Assembly: GCA_938011325.1 (NCBI GenBank)
Contig: CALLUD010000013.1
Span: forward strand, 7,461 to 71,460
Direction: 5' to 3'
Length of the DNA stretch: 64,000 nucleotides
Source: an uncultured Spartobacteria bacterium
Lineage (GTDB): Bacteria; Verrucomicrobiota; Verrucomicrobiia; Chthoniobacterales; JAATET01
Part shown: positions 10,329 through 20,679 of the stretch, piece by piece
How the letters are laid out: every line of letters begins with the position of its first letter
How positions within the stretch are numbered: the first letter of the stretch is position 1
Program-made: the position numbers and the translations under genes
The notes under the pieces: generated by a model
The model's database searches: none
The model's input: only the letters and a program-made list of their open reading frames with translations
What the model was told of the DNA's origin: nothing

Positions 10329-10635
10329 GCTTCGGTGCATCGTCACCACGTTCGAAACGGAGGAGCAGGCCGCGGAGGTGATTCGCACGCTTGTCCGCGA
10401 GCGCCTGATCGCCTGCGGCACGTTTATCCACGGCGCGCGATCCATCTACATCTGGCAGGGGGAAATGCACGACTCTGAGGAGATTGTCGCCATCCTCAAG
10501 ACCACCCGACCCGACGAAGCCGCCTCCCGTCTTGCCGAGCTGCATCCTTACGAGGTGCCGGAGATTCTTGTGATGACTCCCGAATCCGTGAACGAAGCCT
10601 ACCTCGGTTGGACGCGGGATTCGGCGAACGCCTGA
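10312..10635 (+). CDS. cutA: Divalent-cation tolerance protein CutA
   Basis: Contains RERLIACGTFIHGARSIYIWQGEM and HPYEVPEILV. Preferred start is MPPLPELRCIVTT at 10312, overlapping the mnmA end; the track start is 10261. Confidence 0.85.
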   Translation: MPPLPELRCIVTTFETEEQAAEVIRTLVRERLIACGTFIHGARSIYIWQGEMHDSEEIVAILKTTRPDEAASRLAELHPYEVPEILVMTPESVNEAYLGWTRDSANA

Positions 10636-10676
10636 TTTTTCCTGCATTTCGACGGCCCTTTCCGGATACTTCCGCC

Positions 10677-11501
10677 GTGACGTTTCTCGACCAGATTCTC
10701 TCAGACGTGCGCAACGAGCTCTCGTCAACGAAAGCACGCCGCACCGCAGCGGATGTGCGGGCGATGCTTGCCGACGCGCCCGCTCCGCGTGATTTCCACG
10801 CGGCGCTGGAAGGCTCCTTCGGTTTGATCGCCGAGATCAAGGAGCGCTCACCCAGTGTGGGCCCCATGCGCGCCGAAAATGTCGCCGAAGCGCCCGGTGC
10901 CTACGAGGAATCGCCGGTCGTGCGCGCCCTGTCGGTCCTCACAAACATGCAGTATTTCGGGATGAGCATTGAGCGGCTGACCGAGGTGCGGAATCGCGTC
11001 ACGAAGCCCATCCTTCGCAAGGACTTCATGGTCGACGAGTATCAGGTGCGCGAGGCACGTGCATTTGGGGCGGATGCGATCCTGCTCATGGCAAACGTCC
11101 TCGACGCGTCCCGCCTCGCCGGCTTTTACGACCTCGCCCGCGAGCTCGGCATGGAAGCGCTCTTCGAGGTGCATACGGAGGAGGAAATCTCGAAACTGCC
11201 GCGCGACGCGAGCATCGTCGGCATCAACAGCCGCAAGTTCAAATCGACCACTGGTTTCGTCGGTTCCACCGGCTCGTCTTCAAAGGATTTCAGTCTCTCG
11301 CTCGACACCTTCGACCTTGCGGACAAGCTTCCGCAAAACGCACTTCGCGTCGCGGAAAGCGGTCTGTCGATCGACAACATCGGGCTCGTCAGTGAACGAT
11401 TCGACGCCGCGCTGATTGGCACCTCGATCCTCCGCGATCCCGAGGGAGCGCGAAACTGCCTGGCGAAGTTCGAGAGCGCGCTGAATCCCGCCCTGTCCTG
11501 A
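10677..11501 (+). CDS. trpC: Indole-3-glycerol-phosphate synthase TrpC
   Basis: Contains GLIAEIKERSPS, ILRKDFMVDEYQVREARAFGADAILLM and LFEVHTEEE. A GTG start at 10677 gives the typical N-terminus TFLDQILSDV; the alternative ATG at 10608 would overlap cutA by 28 nt. Confidence 0.88.
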   Translation: MTFLDQILSDVRNELSSTKARRTAADVRAMLADAPAPRDFHAALEGSFGLIAEIKERSPSVGPMRAENVAEAPGAYEESPVVRALSVLTNMQYFGMSIERLTEVRNRVTKPILRKDFMVDEYQVREARAFGADAILLMANVLDASRLAGFYDLARELGMEALFEVHTEEEISKLPRDASIVGINSRKFKSTTGFVGSTGSSSKDFSLSLDTFDLADKLPQNALRVAESGLSIDNIGLVSERFDAALIGTSILRDPEGARNCLAKFESALNPALS

Positions 11502-11547
11502 CGCTTTCTCCGTGCTCTCGACGCCTTTCATTGGTTAGCTTCTCCCG

Positions 11548-12573
11548 ATGCTTCCCGAGGAAGTCCGCCACATCAACGACACGCCGGACACGCCGTTCGA
11601 CATCTCATTGCGTCCCCCGCTCTTCGAGGAGTTCTCCGGCCAGGAGAAAACCGTCGAGCGGTTGAAGCTCATGGTCGAGGCGGCGCAGATGCGTGGCGAC
11701 GTGTTGCAGCACATCCTGCTGAGCGGCCCTCCCGGCCTTGGAAAGACGACACTGGCCTACATCATCGGAAATGCCGTCGGCGCGGAGGTCAAGACGACCA
11801 GCGGCCCCATGATCGAAAAAGCGGGCGACCTCGCCGGCCTGCTCACGAATCTCCAGCGTGGTGATGTGCTTTTCATCGACGAAATCCACCGTCTGCAGCC
11901 CGCGATCGAGGAATACCTCTACCCGGCGATGGAGGACTTCAAGGTCGACATCATGATCGACCAGGGCCCCAGCGCTCGCAGCGTCCGGTTGCACCTCGCG
12001 AAGTTCACGCTCGTCGGAGCAACCACCCGCAGCGGCATGATCAGCGCACCGTTGCGCTCCCGGTTCGGCATGAATTGCCGCCTCGACTACTATGCCGTCG
12101 ACGCCCTTGCTGCGATCGTGCAGCGAAGCGCGGGCATTCTCGACATCGAAATCGATCCGGAAGGCGCGATGGAAATTGCCCGCCGCTCGCGCGGAACTCC
12201 TCGCATCGCCAACAACTACCTCCGCTGGGTCCGCGACTACGCCCAGGTTCGCGCACAGGGAAACATCACCGCCGGGGTCGCGGCCGCCGCGCTCGCGATG
12301 CTCGACGTCGACGAGGACGGCTTCGACGAAATGGACAAGCGCATCATCGAGTGCCTGATCATGAAATTTGATGGGGGTCCGGTCGGCTTGAATGCACTCG
12401 CCGTCGCCGCGGGCGAGGAACCCGGCACCCTCGAGGAGGTCCACGAGCCGTATCTGATCATGCAGGGTTATCTGAAGCGAACCCCGCAGGGCCGCGTCGC
12501 CCTCACCCGTGCCTACCGCAAGCTCGGCCTCGACGCCCCCCAAAAAGCGCAGACCGAGCTGTTCTACGAATAG
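11548..12573 (+). CDS. ruvB: Holliday junction branch migration helicase RuvB
   Basis: 341 aa. Contains [33 protein letters not shown] and [16 protein letters not shown]. Confidence 0.95.
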   Translation: MLPEEVRHINDTPDTPFDISLRPPLFEEFSGQEKTVERLKLMVEAAQMRGDVLQHILLSGPPGLGKTTLAYIIGNAVGAEVKTTSGPMIEKAGDLAGLLTNLQRGDVLFIDEIHRLQPAIEEYLYPAMEDFKVDIMIDQGPSARSVRLHLAKFTLVGATTRSGMISAPLRSRFGMNCRLDYYAVDALAAIVQRSAGILDIEIDPEGAMEIARRSRGTPRIANNYLRWVRDYAQVRAQGNITAGVAAAALAMLDVDEDGFDEMDKRIIECLIMKFDGGPVGLNALAVAAGEEPGTLEEVHEPYLIMQGYLKRTPQGRVALTRAYRKLGLDAPQKAQTELFYE

Positions 12574-12734
12574 GCCGCGCCACGGCCACCCGCGCGTCTT
12601 CTACTGCCGCCAAGATCCCGAATTGTCGCGTCCAGCTTTCGAAGGGCGATCGATTTTCCCAACCAAGTTCCTCCCTTTGAGGGTGTTGAATCCTTCAAGG
12701 GATTACCTTAATACCTGTCTCAGTTTTTGCATCG

Positions 12735-12899
12735 ATGAGACAGCATAGGGTTTGGATGTTGATCCCCCTCCTCTGGATCTTGACTGCCGCGTGGCACACA
12801 CGATCCCGAATTGTCGCCTCCGGCTTTCGAAGCGCGGTTGATTTTCTCTATCAAGTTCCTCCCTTTGAGGGTGTTGCATCCTTCAAGGGATTACTTTAA
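12735..12899 (+). other. Possible decoy or upstream ORF (54 codons) created by the duplication
   Basis: Starts MRQHRVWMLIPLLWI, differing from the start of the 12923 gene only at codon 4 (CAT His vs CAC His, synonymous). It then reads through copy 2 out of register to a TAA at 12897-12899. It is below the track length cutoff, and I have no evidence that it is expressed. Confidence 0.25.
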
Positions 12900-12902
12900 T
12901 AC

Positions 12903-12931
12903 CTGTCTCAGTTTTTGCATCGATGAGACAG
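12903..12931 (+). promoter_or_regulatory. Hairpin that sequesters the start codon (8-bp stem CTGTCTCA/TGAGACAG, 13-nt loop); an identical copy lies at 12715-12743
   Basis: A perfect inverted repeat read directly from the sequence. The TG of the ATG at 12923-12925 sits in the 3' arm. An imperfect 11-bp inverted repeat lies upstream (TCCCTTTGAGG at 12860-12870 and CCTTCAAGGGA at 12880-12890). Confidence 0.45.
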
Positions 12932-15511
12932 CACAGGGTTTGGATGTTGATCCCCCTCCTCTGGATCGTGGGGTCGAGCACTCAGGCGCAGCAGGCCTTT
13001 TACTGGAAGGGCTATGACAGTTGGGGGGCGGAAATTTTCGCCTGGGGAACAAGTCCCTACCCGTATGGAACAGCCCAGTTCAAATGGGGGTATGATTATT
13101 CCATCGCGGTCTTCGACGGAGGCTCGATCCGGAACATCCATGTCGTTGGGCCGGTCAATACAGGCGGAATCGTGTTTCAGAACGGCAGCTGGACGCTCTC
13201 GGGCGGTTCCCTGAGACTTGCGCCTTCCTCCGAAATCGACACGGGCACCGGGGCGGTGACGATTACCTCTGCGCTCACGGATGCCTCGCTCGTGAAGATC
13301 GGTGCCGGATCGCTCACGCTCAGCGGCACAAACACCTACACCGGCCCCACCGTCATCAACCAGGGCACGCTCCAGTTTGCAAAACGAAGCGCGCTCTACA
13401 ACGGCACCACGGCGAACTGGACCGCCGCGAATCTCATCGTCCATCCCGGCACGACGGCCGCGTTCCACATCGGGGGCGAGGGCGAGTTCACGGCCGCCGA
13501 TCTCAACCTCCTCAAGACCCTTGGCACCAATACGGGGGGATTCATGGACGGCGCCTCTCTCGGCCTCGATACCTCGAACGCCTCCGGCGGAAATTTCATC
13601 TACAACTCCTCCATCGGCAATTCGAACGGCGGCGCGAATACCCTCAATCTTGTGAAGCTGGGTTCCGGCACCCTCACCCTCGGCGCCGCAAACACCTACA
13701 CCGGCTCCACCACGATCAACCAGGGCACCCTCGCCATCGCCGCGAATGACCGTCTCCCCACCGCGACGGCGGTCTCCATCGCCTCCGGGGCCACCCTTGA
13801 TCTCGCGGGCTTTGACCAGACCGTCGGCTCCATCGCCGGTTCAGGCAGCATCACCCTGGGGTCCGGCTCGCTCTCCGTCGGCGGCAGCAACGCCTCCACC
13901 ACCTTCTCCGGCGTCATCTCGGGTTCCGGCTCCCTCATCAAGACCGGCTCCGGGACCCTTTCCCTCGGCGGCGTCAACGCCTACACCGGCCCCACCATTA
14001 TCAACCAGGGCAGGCTCACCACCACCTGGCATGAACGTCTCCCCGACTCGACCGCCGTCTTCATTGCCTCCGGGGCCACCTTCGATATCTCTTCCTACAA
14101 CGAAACCGTCGGCTCCATCGCCGGCGACGGCAGCATCAACATCTACGGTGGCGTGCTGACCGTCGGCGGCAACAACACCTCCACCACCTTCTCCGGCGTC
14201 ATCACCGGCACCGGATTCAACGGCGCCCTCACCAAGGTCGGCTCCGGCACCCTCACCCTCTCCGGCGCCAACACCTACAACGGCCCCCTCATCATCCACG
14301 CGGGCACGGTCGCCATGGGGGGCAATGACCGTCTCCATTCCTGGACCGATGTCACCGTCGCTTCCGGAGCCACCTTCGATCTCGCCGGATTCAATCAAAC
14401 CGTCGACGCCATCACCGGCTCGGGCAACATCACCCTGGGCTCCGGCTCCCTCACCGTCGGCTCCTTCATCAGCTACACCCCCTCCACCTTCACGTTCGAC
14501 GGTGTCCTTTCCGGTTCCGGTTCCCTCACCAAGACTGGACTCAGCACCCTCATCCTTGGCGGCGAAAACACCTACACAGGCTCCACCTTGATCAATCAGG
14601 GCACCCTCGCCATCGCCGGCAACGAACGCCTCTCCGACTCCACCAACGTCTCCCTAGGCTCCGGAGCCACCTTCAATCTCGCCGACTTCCACGAAACCGT
14701 CGGCTCCATCGCCGGTTCGGGCAGCATCGCCCTGGGCTCCGGTTCCCTCACCGCCGGCGGCAGCAACACCTCCACCACCTTCTCCGGCGTCATCTCCGGC
14801 TCCGGCTCCTTCACCAAGACCGGCTCCGGCACACTCACCCTCTCCGGCGAAAACACCTACAACGGCCCCACCCTTGTCAACGCGGGCACACTCCGCGTGG
14901 AGGGTTCGATCGTCGGCGCAACAACGGTCAATGCCGGCGGCACGCTGGCCGGAACCGGCTCGGTCGGCCCGGTGACCCTTGCCGCCGGAGGCACCATCTC
15001 GCCCGGAAACAGCCCCGGCACGCTGACGACCGGCTCGCAGACGTGGGAAGGCGGTGCGACCTACATCTGGGAACTCAGCCACGCCTCCGACTCAGATGAC
15101 GCAAAGGGCGTCACCTACGATTGGCTGAACATCTCCGGCACGCTCGACATCGCCGCGACTCCCGAAAACAAATTCATGATTTACGTCACCTCGCTCACCG
15201 AGGACCTCACCCCCGGCGCGACGTCCGGATTCACCCCCGGCCAGAGCTACACTTACATTCTCGTGACCGCCAGCGGCGGCATCACGAATTTCTCCGCCGC
15301 GAAGTTCCACATCGACACCAGCGCCTTCTTCACCGATCCGCCGGGCGACGGGCGTTTCGCGATCTCGCAGATCGGCAACAACCTCGTGCTCACCTACACC
15401 GCCGTTCCCGAGCCCGCGGCATGGAGCGTCCTGCTTTGCCTGGCGCTCGCCGGTCTGGCCCTGCTGCGTCGGAGAAGCGTGCGACGCCCGTCAGTCTCCC
15501 CTCGGTTGTGA
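12923..15511 (+). CDS. Autotransporter-associated beta-strand repeat protein with C-terminal PEP-CTERM sorting signal
   Basis: 862 aa. Signal peptide MRQHRVWMLIPLLWIVGSSTQAQQ. Repeated units of the form GSGTLTL-x-G-x-NTYTG-x-T-x-INQGTL. C-terminus VPEPAAWSVLLCLALAGLALLRRR matches a PEP motif, a TM helix and a basic tail. Confidence 0.9.
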   Translation: MRQHRVWMLIPLLWIVGSSTQAQQAFYWKGYDSWGAEIFAWGTSPYPYGTAQFKWGYDYSIAVFDGGSIRNIHVVGPVNTGGIVFQNGSWTLSGGSLRLAPSSEIDTGTGAVTITSALTDASLVKIGAGSLTLSGTNTYTGPTVINQGTLQFAKRSALYNGTTANWTAANLIVHPGTTAAFHIGGEGEFTAADLNLLKTLGTNTGGFMDGASLGLDTSNASGGNFIYNSSIGNSNGGANTLNLVKLGSGTLTLGAANTYTGSTTINQGTLAIAANDRLPTATAVSIASGATLDLAGFDQTVGSIAGSGSITLGSGSLSVGGSNASTTFSGVISGSGSLIKTGSGTLSLGGVNAYTGPTIINQGRLTTTWHERLPDSTAVFIASGATFDISSYNETVGSIAGDGSINIYGGVLTVGGNNTSTTFSGVITGTGFNGALTKVGSGTLTLSGANTYNGPLIIHAGTVAMGGNDRLHSWTDVTVASGATFDLAGFNQTVDAITGSGNITLGSGSLTVGSFISYTPSTFTFDGVLSGSGSLTKTGLSTLILGGENTYTGSTLINQGTLAIAGNERLSDSTNVSLGSGATFNLADFHETVGSIAGSGSIALGSGSLTAGGSNTSTTFSGVISGSGSFTKTGSGTLTLSGENTYNGPTLVNAGTLRVEGSIVGATTVNAGGTLAGTGSVGPVTLAAGGTISPGNSPGTLTTGSQTWEGGATYIWELSHASDSDDAKGVTYDWLNISGTLDIAATPENKFMIYVTSLTEDLTPGATSGFTPGQSYTYILVTASGGITNFSAAKFHIDTSAFFTDPPGDGRFAISQIGNNLVLTYTAVPEPAAWSVLLCLALAGLALLRRRSVRRPSVSPRL
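13290..14900 (+). repeat. In-frame coding repeats (about 80-95 aa units) of the beta-strand repeat family
   Basis: Near-identical nucleotide blocks occur, for example near 13818 and near 14703: GGCTCCATCGCCGGTTC.GGCAGCATC...ACCTCCACCACCTTCTCCGGCGTCATCTC. The boundaries are approximate. Confidence 0.7.
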
Positions 15512-15642
15512 CCGCCGGGGGCGGGCAATGACAGCCCGTGCAGAGACCCGCCGCAAGGCAGCCGGACCGCGGGGAGCTTTCCCGGAATTCCCGCGCCTCT
15601 TGACTTCCACCCGGCACGCGCGATGCTTTACGTGCAGTTCCG

Positions 15643-16326
15643 ATGATCCACGCCAATTGTCGTGCCCGGCTCACGGCGGACGATTTCGAGTTCATCGTCC
15701 GGTCCCTATCCCGCTCCCCCGAAAGCGCCGTTTCACTGCAGGAACTCCTGCTCGATCCTGAGACACGCGACCAGATTCTCGAACACGACGCCCTCGCCGC
15801 GGCGATCTTCGATTCGACGGACTCGCTGAAGATTTCCACTCCGCTGTATTTCTACGTGCTCTGCCGGCGCGTGCTGAAAAACACCTCCGTCTCGAGTCGC
15901 GACGCCGCCGATTACATCGCCGCGATGCTCGACGCGTTCATGCACACGAGCCGCGTGACGAATCCGCAGGTGGCGAGTCACGACGAGGAGATGCGCTATC
16001 TCTCCGACATTCTGCTGGCAATTCGCAATGCTCCGCCTCGCGAGGCATTTCTTCTACGGATTCATCTGGCGAACTACGCGTTGTTCCTCACCGGATTGTT
16101 CGCCGAAAACATCGACAAACGGGCCCGCCGCGGCGCGCCCGACATGTCGTTCTATGAAAACCTCGGCCGCGCGAGTTTCGGCGAAGCTTCCGAGCACCGG
16201 GAAGCCCGGAAGTTCGATTTGCAGCGGATCTTCCGCGAACTTGCCGATGGCTTTCGTGATGCGCGCCTCGCGCTGAACGACCTCGGCGAGCGGCTGCTCC
16301 ATTTCGAATCACCGGCGATGCCATGA
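15643..16326 (+). CDS. Hypothetical protein with no recognisable domain
   Basis: 227 aa ORF with coding-like codon usage, predicted helical and soluble. Its stop overlaps the start of the next gene (ATGA at 16323-16326). Confidence 0.65.
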   Translation: MIHANCRARLTADDFEFIVRSLSRSPESAVSLQELLLDPETRDQILEHDALAAAIFDSTDSLKISTPLYFYVLCRRVLKNTSVSSRDAADYIAAMLDAFMHTSRVTNPQVASHDEEMRYLSDILLAIRNAPPREAFLLRIHLANYALFLTGLFAENIDKRARRGAPDMSFYENLGRASFGEASEHREARKFDLQRIFRELADGFRDARLALNDLGERLLHFESPAMP

Positions 16327-17042
16327 GAACCCTGTTCAGCGAGATCCAGAGTCTCTTCGAACGAACCTACACGAGCGTGGGAATCAATCTGGAGGAATGC
16401 CTGGTCGACTCGCACCGCAGCCGCCAGCTCACGGCGCTCGCCGGCGCGCAGGCTCGCGAACTCGCCGAGACGGCACGCACCTTTCTTCGCACCACGGACG
16501 ATGGGTGTCTGCGCATCGGGATCTATTACTCACAATGGCTCATCGAGCAGCTCGAGCGACACGACCCCCGGGCCGGATTGAGCGACCACAACATTCGAGA
16601 GCTCATCGCGTTCGTCGAAGAGATCAACCACGCGCTGCATGCGGCGATTCAATTCCGCAACGGCATCGTGCCGGTGAACGACGAGAACTACGCGCGCAAT
16701 CTCGAGCTGCAGGCATCCGTCGACACGTATCTTGTGCTGACGCTCTTCATGGCGTTCTTTCGAAAACCGAAACCTCTCACCGCGTTCGATCGGAAGTGGC
16801 TGCGGTTTCATCTCTTCGAGTCGCGTAATCCAGATGACTACTCCGATCGGGAGCTCCGCGGTCGGTATCTCGAGACGACAGTCCTCGCCCGCAAATACAC
16901 GCGCTTCCTCGAATCGCTTTCCGCATCGCGCCGCGTCGAGGAGATTCGGCGTTTTCACGCCCTTTCCTACGTCGAAAAGAAGGAGCGCATTCTCGCACTC
17001 TGCGACAAACCGCCCGCGCAGAATTCATCGGCTTCCTCCTGA
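16323..17042 (+). CDS. Hypothetical protein with no recognisable domain
   Basis: 239 aa ORF coupled to the upstream gene by a 4-nt overlap. No motif I can name. Confidence 0.65.
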   Translation: MRTLFSEIQSLFERTYTSVGINLEECLVDSHRSRQLTALAGAQARELAETARTFLRTTDDGCLRIGIYYSQWLIEQLERHDPRAGLSDHNIRELIAFVEEINHALHAAIQFRNGIVPVNDENYARNLELQASVDTYLVLTLFMAFFRKPKPLTAFDRKWLRFHLFESRNPDDYSDRELRGRYLETTVLARKYTRFLESLSASRRVEEIRRFHALSYVEKKERILALCDKPPAQNSSASS

Positions 17043-17073
17043 CAAACGTGTGAATCCGCGCTAGTTCACACGC

Positions 17074-17505
17074 ATGAAACTCCTCGGCGGCCTTGCCGCG
17101 TCCTTCGGCATGGGATTCGTGTATTTCATCGGCGCGATCCCGGCCGGCGCCGCATTGAACGTCCCCCTCTGGCTCGCCGCCTTCACAGCGTGGCTCGGTT
17201 ATTCCATGGGCGCGGTGGTCGTCGTGCTTGCCGGAGTTCCGTTTCGCGACTGGCTCACCCGGAAGCTCGGAATTCGCATCGACCAGGAAAATCCCGGCGT
17301 GGTTCTTCGCGCGTGGAACCGCTTCGGCCTTCCGGCTTTGGGCCTGCTTGCGCCGGTCACGGTCGGTCCGCAGGCGGGCTCGCTCATCGCTCTCGCGCTT
17401 GGCGCGCGGCGTGGACCCATCGTTGCCGCCATCGCCTTGGGTGCATTGCCGTGGGCGGTGGGATTTGCCGTGCTCGTCGGCCTTGGCGTGAAGCTCGTGA
17501 AATAA
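17074..17505 (+). CDS. Small integral membrane protein (about 4 TM helices), function unknown
   Basis: 143 aa, Gly/Ala-rich hydrophobic segments (GMGFVYFIGAIPAGAAL, LGYSMGAVVVVLAG, and others). Possibly related to small multidrug-export-like proteins, but this is not verified. Confidence 0.6.
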   Translation: MKLLGGLAASFGMGFVYFIGAIPAGAALNVPLWLAAFTAWLGYSMGAVVVVLAGVPFRDWLTRKLGIRIDQENPGVVLRAWNRFGLPALGLLAPVTVGPQAGSLIALALGARRGPIVAAIALGALPWAVGFAVLVGLGVKLVK

Positions 17506-17508
17506 GTC

Positions 17509-20500
17509 TCAGCCCGCCTTCTCCGGTTCGGCGGATGGCGGCGGATCGCGATGATCCTCCCCCTTCGAAGCAAACTTCTCGACGACGTAGAAGGTGACGG
17601 GAATCAGGAAAATGGCGATGAGTGTCGCGGCCAGCATTCCACCAATGACCGCGGTTCCGAGAATGCGCCGGGAGACGGCGCCGGAACCCGTGGCAGTCCA
17701 GAGAGGCACGCAGCCGAGAATGAACGCAAACGCCGTCATGAGAATCGGCCGCAAGCGCAACCGCGCGCCGGCAAGCGCCGCATCCACGACGGACTTGCCC
17801 TTCTCGTATTCCATCTTCGCGAACTCCACGATGAGGATCGCGTTCTTCGCCGTGAGGCCGATCAGCATCACAAGACCGATCTGCGCGTAAACGTCGTTCT
17901 CGTAAAACGTGCTCTGGAAACGCCGGAGATTCAGCGCGACGTAGGCGCCAAAGACGGCGATCGGCGTGCCGAGCAGCACGCTGAATGGCAGCGTCCAGCT
18001 CTCGTATTGCGCGGCGAGAATCAAAAACACGAAGAGCAGCGATAGCCCGAAGATGACGGCCGGCGACACGCCTTCCGCCGCCTGTTTCTCCTGGTAGGAC
18101 ATGCCGAAATAATCATAACCCATTTCCTCCGGCATCGTTTCGGCAAAGACCTCCTCGAGCGCCGCCATGCCCTGTCCACTGCTATAGCCGGGTGCCATCG
18201 TCGCATCGATCTGCGCGGAGCGATACATGTTGTAGCGCATGGTAAACTCCGGCCCGGTGCGCGGTGTCACTTCCACGACCGAAGAAAGCGGCACAGCCTC
18301 GCCGTTCTTGTTTCGCACATAGAAGAGCCCCATCTGCTGAATCTCCGTGCGGAACGGTCCGTCGGCGGCGAGATACACCTGCCATTGGAGGCCGAAGCGG
18401 TTGAAGTAATTGATCATCGTGCCGCCGAGAAACGCCTGCAGCGTCGTGTAAACGTCGCTGATGTCGACGCCCTGCTTCATCACCTTCTCGATGTTCACGT
18501 TCACGCCGAGCTGCGGCACGGACGGCAGGAGCGTCGTCGAGATGCGACTGAACTCGGGACGCTTCTGCGCGGCCTCGAGGAAGGTCTGCGTATTCTTGGC
18601 GAGAAACTCGACCGTGCTACCCGAGCGATCCTCGAGGATGAACGTCACCCCGCCCGACGTGCCGATGCCGGGAATCGCCGGCGGCGGAAACGCGAAACCC
18701 ACTCCGCCCGGCACCTGCGAGAATGCGGCATTCAAATTTCGGAGGATTGACGGAATCTGCAGGTCCTTCGTCGTGCGCTTGTCCCAATCCGTAAGCCCGA
18801 TGAAAAAGAACGCGCTGTAGGTCATCTGGACCTGGCTCAGCATGTTGAAGCCGACCACGGTCGTGCAGTGTTCGACGCCCGGCGTGGCCCGGATGAGCTT
18901 CTCCATTTGCGCAGCGACCTCGGAGGTGCGTTGCAGCGATGAGGCCTCGGGCAATTGCACGAGACCGTAGAGATAGCCCTGGTCCTCGTTGGGCACGAAT
19001 CCGGGCGGCAGCTTCCCGCCAAGGAAGACCGCCAATCCCGCGATGATCGCCAGGAAGATCAAGGAAAACGCCGACTTGCGAATCAGACGCGCGCAGGTGC
19101 CGACGTAACTGTCCGTGGCGCGTCCGAAGACCTTGTTGAACCAGCGGAAAAACGCACCGAGCGGACCGCGGGCCTCCTTTCTCGGCTTCAAGAGCATCGC
19201 CGCGAGCGCCGGACTGAGGGTCAGCGCATTGAAGGCCGACAACACGACCGAGACCGCGATGGTGACCGCAAATTGCTGATACAGCTCGCCCGTGATTCCC
19301 GGGATGAAGACCGTCGGGACGAACACCGCCGAAAGGATGAGCGCGATGGCCACCACGGGCCCCTGCACTTCCTCCATCGCCTTGAACGCAGCCTCCTTTG
19401 GCGACAAGCCGCGTTCGATGTGCGTTTCCACCGCCTCGACGACCACGATGGCGTCGTCCACCACCAGACCAATCGCCAGCACGAGCCCGAAGAGCGAAAG
19501 GGTGTTGATCGAGAACCCGAGCATCGGGAACAGCGCAAACGTGCCGATGAGCGACACGGGAACCGCCATGAGCGGGATGAGCGTGGCCCGCCAGCTCTGC
19601 AGGAAGACGAACACGACGATGATCACGAGGATCAGCGCCTCGATGAACGTTTTGACGATCTCCTCCATGCCCGCCTTCACGGCGAGGGTCGTGTCGAGCG
19701 CGACATCGTAGGTCAGTCCGTCCGGAAAGCGGTTCGACAGCCGCTGCATCATGTTGCGGCACTGCTGGGCGCAATCCAGTGCGTTTGAGCCGATTTGCTG
19801 GTTGATGACGATGATGGCCGATGGTTCGCTATTGAATCGGCCCTGGAGAAGATAGGTCTCCTCACCGAGCTCCACGCGGGCGACATCCTTGAGCCGAACG
19901 ATCGAGCCATCCGGGTTCTCGCGGACGATGATGTTGCCAAACTGCTCCTCGGTAACGAGGCGTCCCTGGGCGATCACCGAGTAGGTAAACTCCTGCCCCG
20001 GCGGCACCGGCGGGGCGCCAATCTGACCGGCAGGATTCACCGTATTTTGCGTATTTACTGCGTTAACTACCTCATCGACAGTGATATCCAGCTTCGCAAG
20101 TTTATCGGGTTGAACCCAGAACCGCATTGCGTATTGCCCTGCGCCGTAAACGGTGACCTGCCCCACACCGGGCACGCGGGCAAGCTCGTTGGTGAGGTTG
20201 ATGTAGGCGTAGTTCGCCAGAAAGCTGGCGTCAAATTTACCACCCGGCGAGTAGAGCGCGAAGACGATGAGGGGCGAGGAGGCCGCCTGTTTGACGGTGA
20301 TGCCGTAGTTGCGAACCGATGAAGGAAGCTGGGCGGTCGCCTGCCCCTGCTGCATCTGGGTGAGGATCTGGTCGGTCGTCGGCTCGGTATCGATGCCGAA
20401 GATGACGTTGAGGACCATCGACCCGTTGTTCGAGTTGATGGAATACATGTATTCCATGCCCTCGACGCCATTGACCTGCGACTCGATGGGGGTGGCGACG

Positions 20501-20679
20501 GATTCCTCGACCGTAAGCGCGTCCGCACCCACATACGTAGTGCTCACCTGAATCTGCGGGGGAACGATGTTCGGGAACTGCGAGACCGGCAGCCCGAGCA
20601 TGCTGACGACGCCAAAGATCACGAGGATGATCGAAATCACCATCGCGACGATCGGGCGATTGATGAAGAAACGGGACAT
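17509..20679 (-). CDS. RND multidrug efflux transporter, inner-membrane permease (AcrB/MexB, HAE1 family)
   Basis: 1056 aa. N-terminus [23 protein letters not shown], with 12-TM architecture and two large periplasmic loops. Confidence 0.93.
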   Translation of the reverse strand: MSRFFINRPIVAMVISIILVIFGVVSMLGLPVSQFPNIVPPQIQVSTTYVGADALTVEESVATPIESQVNGVEGMEYMYSINSNNGSMVLNVIFGIDTEPTTDQILTQMQQGQATAQLPSSVRNYGITVKQAASSPLIVFALYSPGGKFDASFLANYAYINLTNELARVPGVGQVTVYGAGQYAMRFWVQPDKLAKLDITVDEVVNAVNTQNTVNPAGQIGAPPVPPGQEFTYSVIAQGRLVTEEQFGNIIVRENPDGSIVRLKDVARVELGEETYLLQGRFNSEPSAIIVINQQIGSNALDCAQQCRNMMQRLSNRFPDGLTYDVALDTTLAVKAGMEEIVKTFIEALILVIIVVFVFLQSWRATLIPLMAVPVSLIGTFALFPMLGFSINTLSLFGLVLAIGLVVDDAIVVVEAVETHIERGLSPKEAAFKAMEEVQGPVVAIALILSAVFVPTVFIPGITGELYQQFAVTIAVSVVLSAFNALTLSPALAAMLLKPRKEARGPLGAFFRWFNKVFGRATDSYVGTCARLIRKSAFSLIFLAIIAGLAVFLGGKLPPGFVPNEDQGYLYGLVQLPEASSLQRTSEVAAQMEKLIRATPGVEHCTTVVGFNMLSQVQMTYSAFFFIGLTDWDKRTTKDLQIPSILRNLNAAFSQVPGGVGFAFPPPAIPGIGTSGGVTFILEDRSGSTVEFLAKNTQTFLEAAQKRPEFSRISTTLLPSVPQLGVNVNIEKVMKQGVDISDVYTTLQAFLGGTMINYFNRFGLQWQVYLAADGPFRTEIQQMGLFYVRNKNGEAVPLSSVVEVTPRTGPEFTMRYNMYRSAQIDATMAPGYSSGQGMAALEEVFAETMPEEMGYDYFGMSYQEKQAAEGVSPAVIFGLSLLFVFLILAAQYESWTLPFSVLLGTPIAVFGAYVALNLRRFQSTFYENDVYAQIGLVMLIGLTAKNAILIVEFAKMEYEKGKSVVDAALAGARLRLRPILMTAFAFILGCVPLWTATGSGAVSRRILGTAVIGGMLAATLIAIFLIPVTFYVVEKFASKGEDHRDPPPSAEPEKAG

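Larger units (their letters stand above)
12614..12967 (+). repeat. Tandem direct duplication with a 188-bp period and two 166-bp copies (12614-12779 and 12802-12967). It covers the leader and the first 15 codons of the downstream PEP-CTERM gene.
   Basis: Manual alignment of the two copies shows about 11 mismatches in 166 nt, concentrated in the 5' third. The ATGs at 12735 and 12923 are exactly 188 nt apart. ACTGCCGC also recurs at 12603 and 12783. Confidence 0.9.

Noticed and set aside
13290-14900. Regularly spaced nucleotide repeats that could superficially resemble a repeat array
   Set aside because: The period is about 240-290 nt and the repeats are in-frame inside a long ORF. They encode the GSGTLTL...NTYTG beta-strand repeat. 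There is no short-repeat/unique-spacer organisation and no cas genes, so this is not a CRISPR array.
15590-15640. TTGACT at about 15599, considered as the -35 element of a promoter for the 15643 gene
   Set aside because: There is no acceptable -10 hexamer at 16-19 nt spacing (the best candidates match 3/6 or fewer), so I do not report it as a feature.
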